Below are positions 38,393 to 52,540 of a stretch of 64,000 bases of DNA, one piece after another. Source of the DNA: Camelus ferus (lineage: Eukaryota). The stretch spans positions 37,078,001 through 37,142,000 of the forward strand of contig NC_045696.1 in the NCBI RefSeq assembly GCF_009834535.1, given 5' to 3'. How positions within the stretch are numbered: position 1 is the stretch's first letter; each line of letters opens with the position of its first letter. A program made the position numbers and the translations under genes. The notes beneath the pieces were generated by a model. It made no database searches. It was not told where the DNA came from and saw nothing but the letters and a program-made list of their open reading frames with translations.

Positions 38393-40614
38393 TTTAGGGG
38401 TTATAATAATTTTATAAATTTTGTGTCTAATTCTGATGATTAATGGTTATTTTAATGTTTTTTCCATATATACTCTAGGGAGTATTTCATATTTTTAAAT
38501 TGAAATATTAGTAAAACATTAAAATTTGATTTAGTAATAAATAGACAAAGCAGAAAAATGCATTAAATATTATTTCATATGCAGATTAGGACAATAAAAT
38601 ATCAGAGGAAGAAATATGGCTGAAGTATGTATATAAGTAGAATGAAATGAATTACTACAAAATATAAATTATCGAGACTTGTGTTTGCTTAACTGCAAGA
38701 TTTACAGGATTAATGGTCCAGAAGCCTAAACTTTGTAAAAGACAATGTTGGATCTTTAGATTCAGGAAGTAAAACCCTTGGCTCTGTCTTTAAAGTACAG
38801 ATACAGTGAAAGGATAGTTATGTAAATGATTAATATAATTAGTGTATTCAGCAAAAGTATACAATTTTATGTTTAACTAAAATTATATCATTATATAATG
38901 GATATTAAATCAAACACACAATTGACAGAACTTTTCTATTCCTTCTTCTGCATATAAAATCAGAATAAATTATGAGAATTATATTTTTTTCTTCTAAATA
39001 TACATATTACAGTAGTTACTTTTAAGGAACATTGCACAATGTCCATAATACTTGTGGTTAGAATTTCATAACATGTTGCTAATAAATACAAGTCTTAGGT
39101 GGTTAGGTCAGTGGGGGCTCTGAGCAGACAGATGGAGGAGAGGGAGGTTGGTCCAGAAGATGGTGTTATGCCTGCCTTCAGCATAAAGGAACTTTGCTTC
39201 TAAATGAGTGCCAGCAAGAAACTGATTAAAACCTGACAGCCACCACTAAGTGGTAGCAGAAATGACTTAACTGGACACAATCCAGTGCTCATTGTATTAT
39301 AATAAACATTGCGGTTTAGGCTCCTCCGTGGGTTTTTCTGTGCACACCATGGGTAAGGACGTGAGCAAAGGGGCCCACCATGACTAAGCATTCCAGGGAC
39401 AACAGCCATCAGTCAGTCAAGAGGCCACCTGTAAGTGAGGGCAGAGGAGACAAGGGGAGACAAAACCGCTGCTTTTCTCTCCTTGGTCAGCCCGCCTCCT
39501 GTTTTTGGAGGTGTACTTTTCCTTTTTTAAAATAAATGTTTTAAAATCTTTCGCTACACAACACACCATCTTCCGACTGTAAATTTGTCTTACAGGCATG
39601 ATAAGAATCGGGGTCTTTACCTTTTGGGGTAACACAACTAGATCATATATTTGAAAGATAGCCAAGTGGCAAGCAAGGGGGAAGCATTGCTAGTGGGTTT
39701 TTAAGTAAGCAATGATATTCGTAGCATTGATTTGATCTCCATTGAGAATCTCCAATATGATCCATGTTCCAGAGAATCAAAACTTTGTGATATTCTTAGA
39801 ATGATGCATTATTATACTGAAATGTACATATACAAGGTATTTCGCAAATGATTTTGAAGTCTGTGATTTCAGAAGTACACTTCACTCACACTAAGGCCTT
39901 TTTCCTCTATGAATGGATATTAAGCAACATAACTTTCTTTGTTAATAAATGTCATATTGTCAAACATTTCACCAACCTATTTATTTTTAATTGCCTAATT
40001 AAAGTCTATGGGTCCATGCAGTTAGCACCACCTATGTGGTCAGCATTATGTAATGGTAGCTTAAATTTACTATAAAAAAATCTCCACATCTTACAATCTA
40101 AATGTCTTACAATTGCCTTGATGGTTTCTAACAGTGCTCAGTGTAACCTAAGGGAAGTAATCTAAGTACAGCTTCTCAATTGCAAAAAAAGGTGAGGAAC
40201 AGTAATTTTTAAATAATTTGTAGATTAATATTTGTCATGCTCATTTGGCCTGATTCTAGTCATATTAAGTAGGGTCATTTGCAGTTGTCAATGTATTGAA
40301 AAGAGAATGGTAGAAAGAGATCTGGCTTTAATTTTATGCTTTTTATTTGCACAAAATAGATTGTGTTCCTCACTTGGTCTTCATTGCCAGCATTTTCATG
40401 TATGGCAATCATTTATTATATGGAGAATTGTGAAATGCCTAGTTCTATGGTCATTAGAATGGCACTGAATTTTTTTTTTTTCTGCTGGATAAATTTACTA
40501 TTAGAAAAAGCAGATAGGCTGATCAGTTAAAACTTAAAACAACTATTTAAAAATAAAGTTAGGATATATAAAGGGAAATACTCCAGAAAATAGAAGGCAA
40601 ACAAAATGAAAATA

Positions 40615-41275
40615 ATACTTTCACAAAAATTAACTTAAAATGGATATTAGACCTAAACATAAAAGATAAAACTATAAAACAAATTAGAAAAAAACATAGG
40701 ACTATTCCATTATGACCTAGAGACTACAATTTTTAGATAGAACACAAAAAGCATGAACTATACAATTTTACAACTATACAATTAAAATGAATAATAAAAA
40801 TTTAGAAAAATGATAAATTGGGCTTCAAGCAAGCCACAAACTAAAAGAAAACAGCAAATACACATACACCACCCCACACAGATACATCTACATATATATC
40901 TGACATTAGGAATTACATCTAGAATGTATGAAGAGCATTTAAAATTTCATAATAAGAAAACAATCTAATTTTTTAATTGGTGAATTTAAGTAAACATTTT
41001 ACAAAAGACGATATACAAATTTCCAACAAACACTTAAATATCTATTCCACATCATTAGTCTTCAGGAAGTGAAAATTAAGAACACAGTTGAAATACTGCA
41101 ACACATTTCTCATATGTCTAAAATTAAAAGGAGCAGTGATACCAAACATTGTCGACAATGGGAAGAAACTAGAATCCTCACACTTTATTTGTTGGAGTAC
41201 AAAGTGTCACAAACACTTTGGAAAACAGTCTGTCAATTTCTTACAAAGACTAACGTGTACTTTCCATAATACCCA
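40615..41275 (+). mobile_element. Old L1 ORF2 3' fragment
   Basis: cacaaaaattaacttaaaatggatattagacctaaacataaaa; catcattagtcttcaggaagtgaaaattaa; cactttggaaaacagtctg. Confidence 0.8.
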
Positions 41276-41276
41276 A

Positions 41277-41380
41277 GCTGTTGTCGGAGAATTGATCAGT
41301 GTGGGGAAAGACCCACACATCTGGTGTCGGATGTGAAGTGAAGAAGCAAAGTATGAGAGTAAGAGTGCTTTTCCCTCTAT
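41277..41380 (+). mobile_element. MER21-family LTR 3' fragment
   Basis: tgtcggagaattgatcagtgtggggaaagacccacacatctggtgtcggatgtgaagtg. Confidence 0.6.
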
Positions 41381-43479
41381 TGCCTCACTCCACTTTAGAA
41401 TTGGCAGATTACCCAGGGGGATGCTTGCATGTACAATGTTTGGGTTCATCTCTGTGGACTACACTTTCTTACAGGACTGTGAATCCTTAAATTCTGACTG
41501 GAACAGAATTTCTCACATGCCTTCAAAAATATTTTCCCTGTTTTATATAACTATAGTTGTTTTAAGTGGGTAAATGCTTTTGTTACAGGCTATCCTGAAA
41601 AGACCAAAAGTGGAAGTCTAGAATATTTATGACTTAATCACAGTAGTTCAGAACCCATCTTACCAGAAGATTCTCATAAGAACTCTAATAACATACATGA
41701 TAATAGGAGGATGGAGGATATCTGACAGGAAATATGTAGGAAGAAATGTGTAATTAATTTCTCCTCCCAAAGGTTTTACTTTCATCTTTTAATGTCAGAT
41801 CATATGAACAAGAATTTTAACACAGGGCAAAGGGTATTTCATTTTAATTTCCATACGCTATAAACCTGTTAGACTTTCAAGAAAGTGTCACACCATCATA
41901 AATTAGCATTTAAGCTTCTTTCCTTCTGAGAATATAATTAGAAGACTTTAGTGGGCTAGGATAGCTCAGAATGGTATAAACTCATCTGAACAGAGCAAAG
42001 AATTAGCTCAACTAAGGCATTCTTTTTACTTTACCTGGCATTGCTGGCTAGAACTCACCCTTTCTTTCGTAATTCAATTGTCTTTACTCTAGGTCAGTTT
42101 CACGATTGCTTCTCCAAACAACTTCCCATAGTTACATTCAGATTTATGCTAATCCTAATTGTTACATTGGAGCATATTATATTCCTTCCATAAGTTCAGG
42201 CTTCTTATGGATAGTGTGGGCATTATTTTCTATCCCTCAGAGATATTTTTGAAGTTTTAGACACATCATGTGTACTCAACGGGCTACCTTCAAGACATAA
42301 TTTTCAGAAATTTGCAGGAAAATTTTCTAATCACCACCAAAGGACCTTCACATTTTTCAGAGAAACCACCTCAAATTCATGCTAAGTAGCTAAAATTCTT
42401 TGCCTTACAAAGTGCAAGTATAGCATACATATTTTTTAACTGGCAAAACTTTGTCTCAAGGCATTCATTTCTTTCTTAAAACTGTAAATCAATTAATATT
42501 ATAATATACATTAAAAAGCAGTTCACATTGTTTTGTTTTAATGGATTTTGTTTTATAAACTGCTTATTGACCAAAAAAAATGTTAAGTGGGTACTTGGAA
42601 TTTAGTCCTTTCTTTAAAAAATAGATATGTTCCTGCTATTGGAATGGTCGAGGAGATTTGAACTGTGTGGGATTTCACAGATGCAAAAGACATGTCACAT
42701 TCAGTAGCATCAACTAAGGGCTGATGGCAAATAATCCCACAAATACCTGTTTCCCTTTTGTACACTGAGCTTAAATTCAAGTTAAAATCATTTAAGTTTC
42801 AAAATTATATAATATGCCTTACCTCATTTATATTCCTACATAGCTACGCAGTTTCAAACTGCATAATGTACCACTAGTGCAATCATAAGTGTATGATGTT
42901 TACCTTTACACACTTCCATTTCTATATAAGTGTTGAAGAAATATAACTTACTCATTAGTTATTTTAATCCAATAATAAGTAAGTCATAGAAGAATTATAG
43001 GATGCCCTACAGAGATAAGCAGAATTCTTTATTAAGCATCATTTTCCTTTAAAAGTAGAACAATTATGATGTGATTACCTTTCTGCAAAGTCTGTGATTT
43101 GTGGGCCCAAATACCTGAATATGCAGCATTTTCTTTTTAAAAATTCATTTTCATAATATTTTATGTCTCTATTGGCATTATATAGTAGGATATGTTACAT
43201 ATATTATAGAATATACTACTGTTTATCCATAAATTAATATGTTAGATAGTAGACATTCTTTCTTTCTGTCCACTTTAATAACAACATTGTGGAATTCTCC
43301 ATAAAATAAATTGCAGGTTTTAAAATATAATTTAGCATAGGATTTCACTTCTTGTCTCTAAATTAGCTTACAAAAAAATATTTTACTCTATGCATCTTTG
43401 TATTCATCATTGATTTTTCTGACTGCTCATTTTATCAGTTTTGGGCTCCAATTGCAAAGCTTGGACTTGGTGTTAGTTA

Positions 43480-44230
43480 TTTATCATTAGCTTGTATGAG
43501 CTGTTTATATATTCAGGAGATTAAGCCCTTGTCAGTCTCATCTTTTACAAATATTTTCTCCCATTCTGTAGGTTGTCATTTTGTTTTGCTTATGGTTTCC
43601 TTTGCTGTGCAAAAGGTTGTAAGTGTAATTAAGTCCCATTTGTTAATTTTTGCTCTTATTTCTATTGCTTGGGTAGATTGCCCTAGGAGAACATTGCTGA
43701 GATTTATGTCAGATAATGTCTTGCCTATGTTTTCTTCTAAGAGGTTTATATTGTCTTGTCTTATGTTTAAGTTTTTAAGCCATTTTGAGTTTATTTTTGA
43801 GTATGGTGTGAGGGAGTATTCTATCACTGATTTACATGCAGCTGTCCAGTTTTCCCAACACCATTTGCTGAAGAGACTGTCTTTACTCCATTGTATGTTC
43901 TTGCCTCCTTTGTCAAAGATTAACTGACCAAAAGTTTGGGGGTTTATTTCTGAGCTTTCTATTCTGTTCCATTGATCTGTACATCTGTTTTTGTACCAAT
44001 ACCATGTTGTTTTGATTACTGTAGTGGTGTAGTATTGTCTGAAGTCTGGGAGGGTATTCCTCCAGCCTCATTCTTTTTCTTCAGTAATGCTTTGGCAATT
44101 CTGGGCCTTTTGTGATTCCATTTAAATTTTAGGAATTCTGTGAAAAATGTCCCAGGTAATTTGATAGGGATCACATTAAATCTGTAGATTGCTTTGGGTA
44201 GTATGACTATTTTAACAGTATTAATTCTTA
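43480..44230 (-). mobile_element. Relatively young L1 ORF2 fragment with no 3' UTR
   Basis: ORF 43576-43827: [42 protein letters not shown]... Confidence 0.92.
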
Positions 44231-44286
44231 CATAAAATAAATACTAACAGACATAAAGGGAGAAATTGATGGGAATACAGTAATAT
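44231..44286 (+). mobile_element. Inverted short L1 endonuclease-domain piece
   Basis: atactaacagacataaagggagaaattgatgggaatacagtaata translates as [15 protein letters not shown]. Confidence 0.75.
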
Positions 44287-45672
44287 AAATTTGAGCCCCA
44301 CATGTGAGTTAGCAAAGGAGAAAATATTTTCTCGTGCTCAGTCAGGTCAAAGACAATCACGCTTTCTTTTAAAGTTATTTTCCCATGTGTGATATTGCTT
44401 TAGTGCATTATTTCATTTTGGCTCCAGGCTTTTTATTTGTAAAATCTTATGCAGTGGTATCACTTCCAATTATGTTTAGTATCATATATAACAGATTGCA
44501 ACATGTTTTCTATATTTTATTTTCCTGTCTGTAAAAATCAGTGATACCAGGTTCCTGAGTTGAACAACCACTCTCAGACATTTGTGGATTTAATGTTGCT
44601 TACCACTGAAGTTTCCTGCCACTTTCTCATTTATTTGACCTAAAATTTCTTAAACATTTGTTGTGAGTTAATTTAAAAACGTAAAGAATATCTTCTATAT
44701 TACTCAGTGCTTTGCAATGGCAATTTCTCCTACAGGGTATATACTGCATACATTAACAGGGGTTGATGATATTTTATATTATATGAGTAAAAAAATCATG
44801 TATATCTCTATGCTATAAATGTAATAAACATTCAAGTCTAATTAAATAGAATGGAAAATCAGGCTAATTTTTGAATATCTGAACATATCTTTACAAGTAA
44901 GAGAAGGCAGTGAGTTCATTCCTGAAGAATTGTACTTTTTTAATCACAGCATATATATCATTATGTAACTAGGTCCTATCACAGGAAAATAACGTTATAT
45001 GTATAAGTATACAGAAAATTTAACAAATATATAAACAACTGGCCATTTAAATTATTAAAGAAGTAAACACTTTGAACCAAAGAAAACTATAATTAAGAAT
45101 TCAAGAATAATAAAGGATGAGAACAAATTAATAGAAAAGGAAATCTATAAACCATATGATGACACAATTAATGCAAATTTATAAACAAATGGATTATGAC
45201 AGAATACAGGTAAGTAGAGGTGTTAACACTAGTTTTACCACTAAAAATAGTACAATAAATATTAATAAAGACCACAAGATACTAAGCATGAAAGGATAGA
45301 TAATAGCAGACTACTCCCTCTATTGAGAACAACCAGAAAATATAGCTAAATATACACAGAAATGACTTAGCACTCTAATTTTTCAGGATATGTATTACCT
45401 CAAAGCATATGCCAGTTGTTAGTTCAGGGGAGAATGGAAGAGAAAGGTTTGGGGGAGTTGATAGGGATAGAATTAGACTCTAAGAACAGAAGGTAGCAGA
45501 ACTTCCATAATCTTACTAAACTGGAGAAATACAAATTGGAAGATGGATGGGCCTGTTAGTTTAGCCATACTTGAGAGGTCATATCTTTTGAGAGAAGAAA
45601 GGAAATGAACCAAATACTCTACATTTTCACCCAAAACATTTGCCAAATTGTTGATTTGAAAAGGACAAGAAG

Positions 45673-45730
45673 CAAAAAAAAAAAAAAAAAAAACAACAAA
45701 CAAAAACCGAAAAAGAAAAAAAAAAAGAAA
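45673..45730. repeat. Poly(A)/A-rich tract
   Basis: Read directly from the sequence. Confidence 0.9.
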
Positions 45731-46174
45731 GGAACTATATTAACAGAATAAAGGGTTTAGACATTCTCCTGGTTTTGGTGGCTGAACAAAAATTAGAGTT
45801 GAGGATCCAACAAGGATGAGAAACTCTAATGAAATGATGTCAATATGCACCCCAGAATGGTAACCTTAAAAGTAGAGACAAACTAAAGCTAGATATAATG
45901 AAAAATATGACAGCCCAGCCATGGGTCAGCTCACTTCCTCATTAGTAGAATAAGGCCATTTACTGCATTATATCTTCCTGTAAAAGGATAGGGTAAATCT
46001 CTGACAAAAGGAAATATCATTCAAAAACTCTTGTACTTTTTTTATTTTAAAATGTCTGGTATTTAATGTATAACAACAAAGAACCAAAAGATGACATAGG
46101 CATTGGATATCCACCCATCAATAACATGTTACTTAACATGTAGATGCTAAATAACTGCATTAAAAGACTCAAAT

Positions 46175-48210
46175 TACTAAAATCCAGAGTGAAAGAGGGG
46201 ACTCTCACTACTGGCTTTACAAAATAACAAAGATTATAAGAATACTATGAACAGTTGCCAAAAAATTAGGTAATTTTATATAGAATGTACAAATGCTCTG
46301 ACAGAAACAACTGAAACTTAAACTAAAAAATAAACAGATAAACTCAAAATGGCTTAAAGACTTAAATACAAGACAAGACACTATAAACCTCCTAGAAGAA
46401 AGCATAGGCAAAACATTCTCTGACATAAATCTTAGCAATGTTCCCCTAGGTCAGTTTACCCAGGCAATAGAAATAGGAGCAAAAATTAATAAATGGGATC
46501 TAATTATACTTACAAGATTTTGCACAGCAATGGAAACCATAAGCAAAACAAAATGACAAACTACGGAATGGGAGAAAATATTTGCAGATGATGATATCGA
46601 CAAAGGCTTAATTTCCAGAATATATAAACAGCTCATACAACTTAATAACAAAAAAAAAATAGTCCAATCCAAAAAGAGGCAGAAGACCTAAGCAAGCATT
46701 TCTCCAATGAAGACATACAAATGGCCAATAGCACATGAAAAAATGCTCAGTATCACTAATTATCAGAGAAATGCAAATCAAAACTACAATTAGGTATCAC
46801 CTCACACAGGTAAGAATGGCCATCATTAAAAAGTCCAAAAACAATAAATGCTGGAGAGGTTGTGGAGAAAAGGGAACTCTCCTACACTGCTGGTGGGAAT
46901 GTAGTTTGATGCAGCCACTATGGAAAACAGTATGGAGATTCCTCAAAAAACTAATTAAAATATAGATTTTAATAGATTAAAAAACAAGTTTCTTCTGTAT
47001 AGCACAGGGAAGGATGTTCAATATCTTGTAATAACCTTTAATGAAAGAGAATATGAAAACAAATGTATGTATATGCATGACTGGGACATTGAGCTGTACA
47101 CCAGAAATTGACACATTTTAACTATCTGTACTTCAATTAAAAAGAAAAAAACCCCCAGAAAACCTGAATATCTATATAACAAGTAAGAAGATTGAATTCA
47201 TATAAAAAAAATAATTACCCACAAAATAAAGCCCAGGGGACTCTTAAGAGAACTAATCAGTTTACACAGTTTTCAGGATTAGAAACTGATCCATATATTT
47301 GTAATAGACAGTAATAAATTGAAATTAATAAAGCAATAGCTATTGCAATAGTATTGAAAAATAAATGCTTAGTGATAAATATAACAAAAGATGTGCAGTT
47401 CCTCTATACTAAAAACAATAAAATATTGCTGTGAGAAATTAAAAATCTAAATTAATGGATAGATACACAATGTTTACAAATCAGAAGACTACATATAGTT
47501 TATGTATCAATTCTCTCCAAACTGATCTATAGATTCAATAAAATCCCAGTCCATATCGCTGTAGAGTTTTGTAAAAGTTCAGAACCAGATTCTAGATTTC
47601 TTCTGGAAATCCAAAGAATCTATATTAGTCAAAACTCTGAGAAAGAATAAAATTGGAGGACTCAACACTAACAGATTTTAAGACTTATTATAAGGCTACA
47701 GTGATAACTTTCTTATGGAATTGACATACAGTAGATCTATAGATAATGGAACAGAACGTAGAGGCCAGAAACATACCCAGTCTATAAACAACTGATTTGT
47801 GACAAACCTGCAAAGCAGCTTAAGTGGAGAAAGTATAGTTTTTTCAACAAATGGTACCAGAATAATTGGACATCGATTTTTTTAAAAAAATAAATTTTGG
47901 TGCATACTTTATACCATATACAAAAGTTAACTCAATGGATCATACATCAAAATGTAAAACTTGAAACTATAAAACTTCTGAAAGTAATTTGTCACCTTGA
48001 GTTTGGCAAATAATTCTTAGATATGATATGCAGATATGGTCCATTAAAGAACAATTTGGACTTTATTAAGATTAAAAATTTTGCTCTTTAAAAGACACGG
48101 TTAGGGAAAAAATGAAAAGACAAACCACAGGATGAAAATAAAACATTTATATGTCATGTATCTAACAAAGGACTTGTGTCTAAAATTTTATAAACAATTT
48201 TTAAAAAAGG
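46175..48210 (+). mobile_element. Old L1M ORF2, interrupted at 46338-47150
   Basis: gattataagaatactatgaaca before the insertion; aaaacctgaata...aacaagtaagaagattgaa, aaactgatctatagattcaat and ttttcaacaaatggt after it. Confidence 0.8.
46338..47150 (+). mobile_element. Young camelid-type L1, 5'-truncated (ORF2 C-terminal part and 3' UTR)
   Basis: Peptide [24 protein letters not shown]...[18 protein letters not shown]; 3' UTR ttcttctgtatagcacaggg...gcatgactgggacattg...acaccagaaattgacaca...cttcaattaaaaa. Confidence 0.92.
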
Positions 48211-50829
48211 CAACAGCCTTCTCACATTATGACATCGCCCACAAAGAAACAGGGCAATCACCTCAATAATTTAGGTTTAAAAGAACTCTTTGTTTCCACT
48301 TTTTAAAATGTTTTGGTTAGAGGCTATTTCTTTGCCTGAATTCATTAAATTATTTTCTTAATTCTTATATTTTTATTCATTTGCATTCTTTAATGTTGTA
48401 CTGGCAATCCCAGACTCAGGCATAAGAAGTATTAATTACAGTTTCGCACACAGAAGGAAAGAGAATTGACTGAAAAACTACAAACCTGATTGATATTTCT
48501 GGAATATTTCCATTTTGTGTTTCTCTGAGAACTCTATTCAGTGCCAATAAGTCACATCAGATAGTGATGAGAAAGTAATTGCATGGATTTCAATGAGTTC
48601 TGCTTTACATATAGAAGGATTAAAAACTCTTTGTAGCAGTTGAAGTTTACTGATATCCTTACTTACTTAAAACTGTTTTACACGATGTTAAAAATTTGGG
48701 ATAAAACTTATAATTCAAAATCAATTCGGGAGACTCATTTCTACTTTAAATGGCATCTGTTCTATCTTTCAGGGTAAATGAAATCTTTTTATGGGAAAAA
48801 TCAAATCTAGTCAGCTGCATTATAACAGTTGATTTGACTTCCATGCTGATTTGAATTATCTGATATCAGGTTAAATATATTGAATTCACTAGTTTACCTG
48901 ATGTTATAGGTAGCCAAAAACCCACTAGTCTAAATAAATTACTCCAGAGATCTTCTGAATGGGTTGAACAATTTGTCTTTGTTGGTCTGGTGCCCTGGGA
49001 TTCTGGGCACTCTCTCAAATCAGTAATTTTCGGTGGTTATGATAGCGTTGCCACCTCTTCACTACCTTATAATCACAGTTAATTAGTTGCAGCAGGTGGT
49101 TGTAGCTGGCACAGCTGAAAAGCTCTACTCACCCCACCAACAGCTATTTGTTCAGCAAGTGAAAAGAACTCAGTATGAGAATTGAACAGAGAACAGCTAT
49201 GCAGTCGCTGTTGTTCTACCAATTATTTCATTCTTTTTTTACTTTTCCAGTAAAGAATTGTCTTTTTTAAACAGATAAAATTGTATATTATCTTTTTCAG
49301 GTAAATAAAGTATATAATATATATTAATATATTCAGTATATATACCTTTATTTAGTAATTATCTTTTGCAATGTTGAATTAAATTTAGAGATGTGAAATC
49401 CAAAGATTGTTATTGGCTACTGAAAATCATTTTTTCCCTAAATGCCCATTTCAATGAAAAAGTACATATTCAATGCATTATTTAAAAGAATAAAGGCCTT
49501 TGTCATGTAACACTATTTGCTAGACATAATAGACATAATATGGACTTCTTGAAAGTTCCCATTGAAATACTTTAATATCTTATATAAAAATATATAAACT
49601 AGATTTATATAAGCTAATCCAGTAATAAATATGTATACATTACTAGTTTACCTTATATAAGCAGAGAGAATTAGGATTTTTGCTCAAATCTGAAGTATGT
49701 GTGCTGAATTTTTTATTTTCTAACTGCTATTTTCTAGGATTTTTCTAGAAGTCTTCCTTTATTTCTAGTAACAACCAATTTTACCCCCTTAAAACATCAG
49801 ATAACAAAAATATAACTATTAATATGTTTTAATATAAGAGAAAAAGAATGTGATTTGTTTGCACATCTTTGCATTCAAATAGGCTATTTTTAAAACAACA
49901 TTTAATATAGTCACACATGACACATCAGAAATATTTATGTTGTTAAAATATGTGCTGATGCTACTTTAAAAAATTTCCCCTGCAGTAAATTAAATCTATT
50001 TACTTATAATACAGTAGTATAGTTCCCAATTTGAATATTTAAATCAAATATACTTTCAATCTTTCAAGTTTTATAATGTAATATTTTATTCCTTAAAGTG
50101 GATATGGGAAGGATGAAAGTTCTGAAGCACAGAAATAAGTAGTCAGCTCCTACAAACCAGACTCAAATACTAGAACCTTACCAGTGCCAAGGACTATAGA
50201 AGTGTGTTCCCCCAATTATCCCTCTGTTAAACAGGGATAAAAAAATCTCAAATTTTGCATATATCAATGTTTTAATATTTTTAGAAAACTCATCTAACAT
50301 TGTGCCAGATTAGTTTCACACAATAAAGCATCAACTTCACCTTCTCTTATACTCACCTGTCTTGTGAGAAAGAAACCTAGAACTTCATTTCTTGACCCAA
50401 CTGCCAACAGTGTTTTTGTTTAGACTTTGGTATTAAGAAGCATATACTATTTGGAAAGCAGAAGGAAACTCCATCAATTTCCAATAAAGAAAGAAATATT
50501 TTAATTTGCATATGTGAATTTTAGTATACATCATCTATTTGATGTGGCTACCAGCCAGTGAGATTATTAAGCCATTCCCTGAGACTTCTTCAGCCTCCTA
50601 ATATTCTGAAGTCAGTGAAATTTTTCCTGCCCTTTGCTTCCCATCCCTTCAAGGGATTGTGTAGGCCTTTAATTCTCTGTATTAATCTCTTCCAGCTCCC
50701 TATACAGAGAGAAGTTTCTGTATTCCTGTCTGAACCTCAGTGATAGAAAAAAAGGTATATATGAATCCAAAACAAAATGTAGTTTTTTTCTTTTATATTT
50801 TTGAGCCTTAGAAAATAATATCTAAGTCT

Positions 50830-52080
50830 AAATTATCTTATATGACTTACATTTTTGCTCAATAGTAAATGTCTATTATTCATCTATTATATTTTACGTA
50901 GATGTGGATCATTAATATTTAATGCCATAAAATATCCTATTGTATGAGTATAGCTACTACCTTTATCCATTTTTATATTGAGAAAAATTTGAGTTGCTTC
51001 CATTTTTGCTTTTCCTTTTTTTTGTTGTTTTTTTTTGTTTTTTGTTTTTTGGCTAGGTTAAGCAAGATGGCCAGGTACATTCTTAAAAAGTCTCTTGATG
51101 CATATCTGTAAGAGTTTCTCTAGGGTACATGCATAGAAAAGGAATTATTAAATTATGGGGTATCTGCATTTTCAATTTTAAGCACTGGTTCTATATTATT
51201 TTTAGAATTGGTTCTAATGCAAGTATATTAGAAGTACCCAATTCTCATATATTTGCCTCTTCAGGCATTATTGCTAATCTCATGGACTTAAATTGGTACC
51301 CTACTGTAGTTGTAGTTTGCACTTCCCTATTATTAATGAGGTTGAGTAGTTTGCCTATTGTTATTTCTTATTTTATTTTTTGTGAGATGCCTGTTACCAT
51401 GACTTTGTCAAATTTTCCAATAAATTATTTTTCTATTGCATATTAATTTGTTGTAGTTCCCTGTAGTCTCAGGATATGATGCCATTAAAAATACATTTAT
51501 TTCAAATAATTTCTCCTGTTTCGTGGTTTGTCTTTTCATTTTCTTTTTGGTGCCCTTTGAGTAAGTGGTCCTTTTTTCAGTTACCTTTTAATGTCTTGTT
51601 TTAGAAAACCTTCTCTAACTCCATAAATATAGAGATACCCTCTATTCTTATAAAAGCTTTGGATTTTGATTTTCATTTGCTTGATGTATTATAGACCTTC
51701 TCATTTCTCCTCCATGTCTTTTGATCTCTTCTTACTATAGTACAGTCTCTTTATCCCTCTATGATACATTACAGATGATAATTAACTCTCTCATTAGCGA
51801 GTGTATCTTACTTTAAACTCATCAATTAAAGCTTTACTTTCCGTGATTATGTTATGTTATTTCTAAATGATGTTTGTATTAAAGTCATTCTTATTACTTT
51901 TAATGATATATTATTACTCTATTACTTATATTTCTTCTTTTATTTCTTTAAACATATTAAACATAGTTATTCCATACTATAAAAAAATTTCAAATACCTG
52001 AAATTCTTGATGCTGTAAATATTTTCTGTATTTTTTTGACTCTCACTCATGGCAGTTTGTTTCTTTTTGATTTTGTTGAA
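50830..52080 (-). mobile_element. Old L1ME-like fragments (3' ORF2/UTR and ORF1 parts)
   Basis: gagtttctctagggta...ggaattattaaattatggg; gtagtttgcacttcccta; ttctttaaacatattaaacatagttatt. Confidence 0.65.
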
Positions 52081-52334
52081 TTTAATAAGTGAGTATTCTT
52101 AGGGTCTAAACTGAGAAATGTTAACCCCAAATAGGACAGATTTAAATGTACTTTAAACATGAACCAGGCTGTGCTAATGAGCTTAGACAAATTTAATTCT
52201 CTTTTGGGTTCTTGACTTAATCTAAGGAACTTAGTTTCTCTCACTTGTGATGTTCTCAAATAGTCATTTTCTGACCTCACAAAACTAAAAACATTTGTTT
52301 CCAGAGTTTCATTATTCTTTGTCCAGTTCCAGTA

Positions 52335-52540
52335 TTCCTTTCCTCCCCTTCCCTTCTCTTTCCCTTCCCTTTCCCCTTTTTCTTTCTTGCTTTTTTCTCT
52401 TTCCTTCATCTCTCCCATCCTCTCCTGATCAGTTCCTTTATATCTTCCCTCTCTTTTTCTTCCCTTCCTCCCTCCCTTCCTTCCTCCCTCCCTCCCTCCC
52501 TTCCTTCCTTCCTTCCTTTCCTGCTTTTCCCTTTCCTTTT
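52335..52540. repeat. CT-rich simple repeat ((CCTT)n/(CCCT)n)
   Basis: Read directly; it generates the spurious ORFs 52047-52553 and 52295-52756. Confidence 0.92.

Noticed and set aside
39243..39257. CTCF-like ccactaagtggtagc
   Set aside because: It has two mismatches at highly conserved core positions.
43496..43927. 143-aa plus-strand ORF
   Set aside because: It is an antisense reading of L1 ORF2, a common artefact.
50352..50470. Minus-strand exon-like segment ending cag|gtgagt
   Set aside because: All frames contain stops; such motifs occur by chance in 64 kb.
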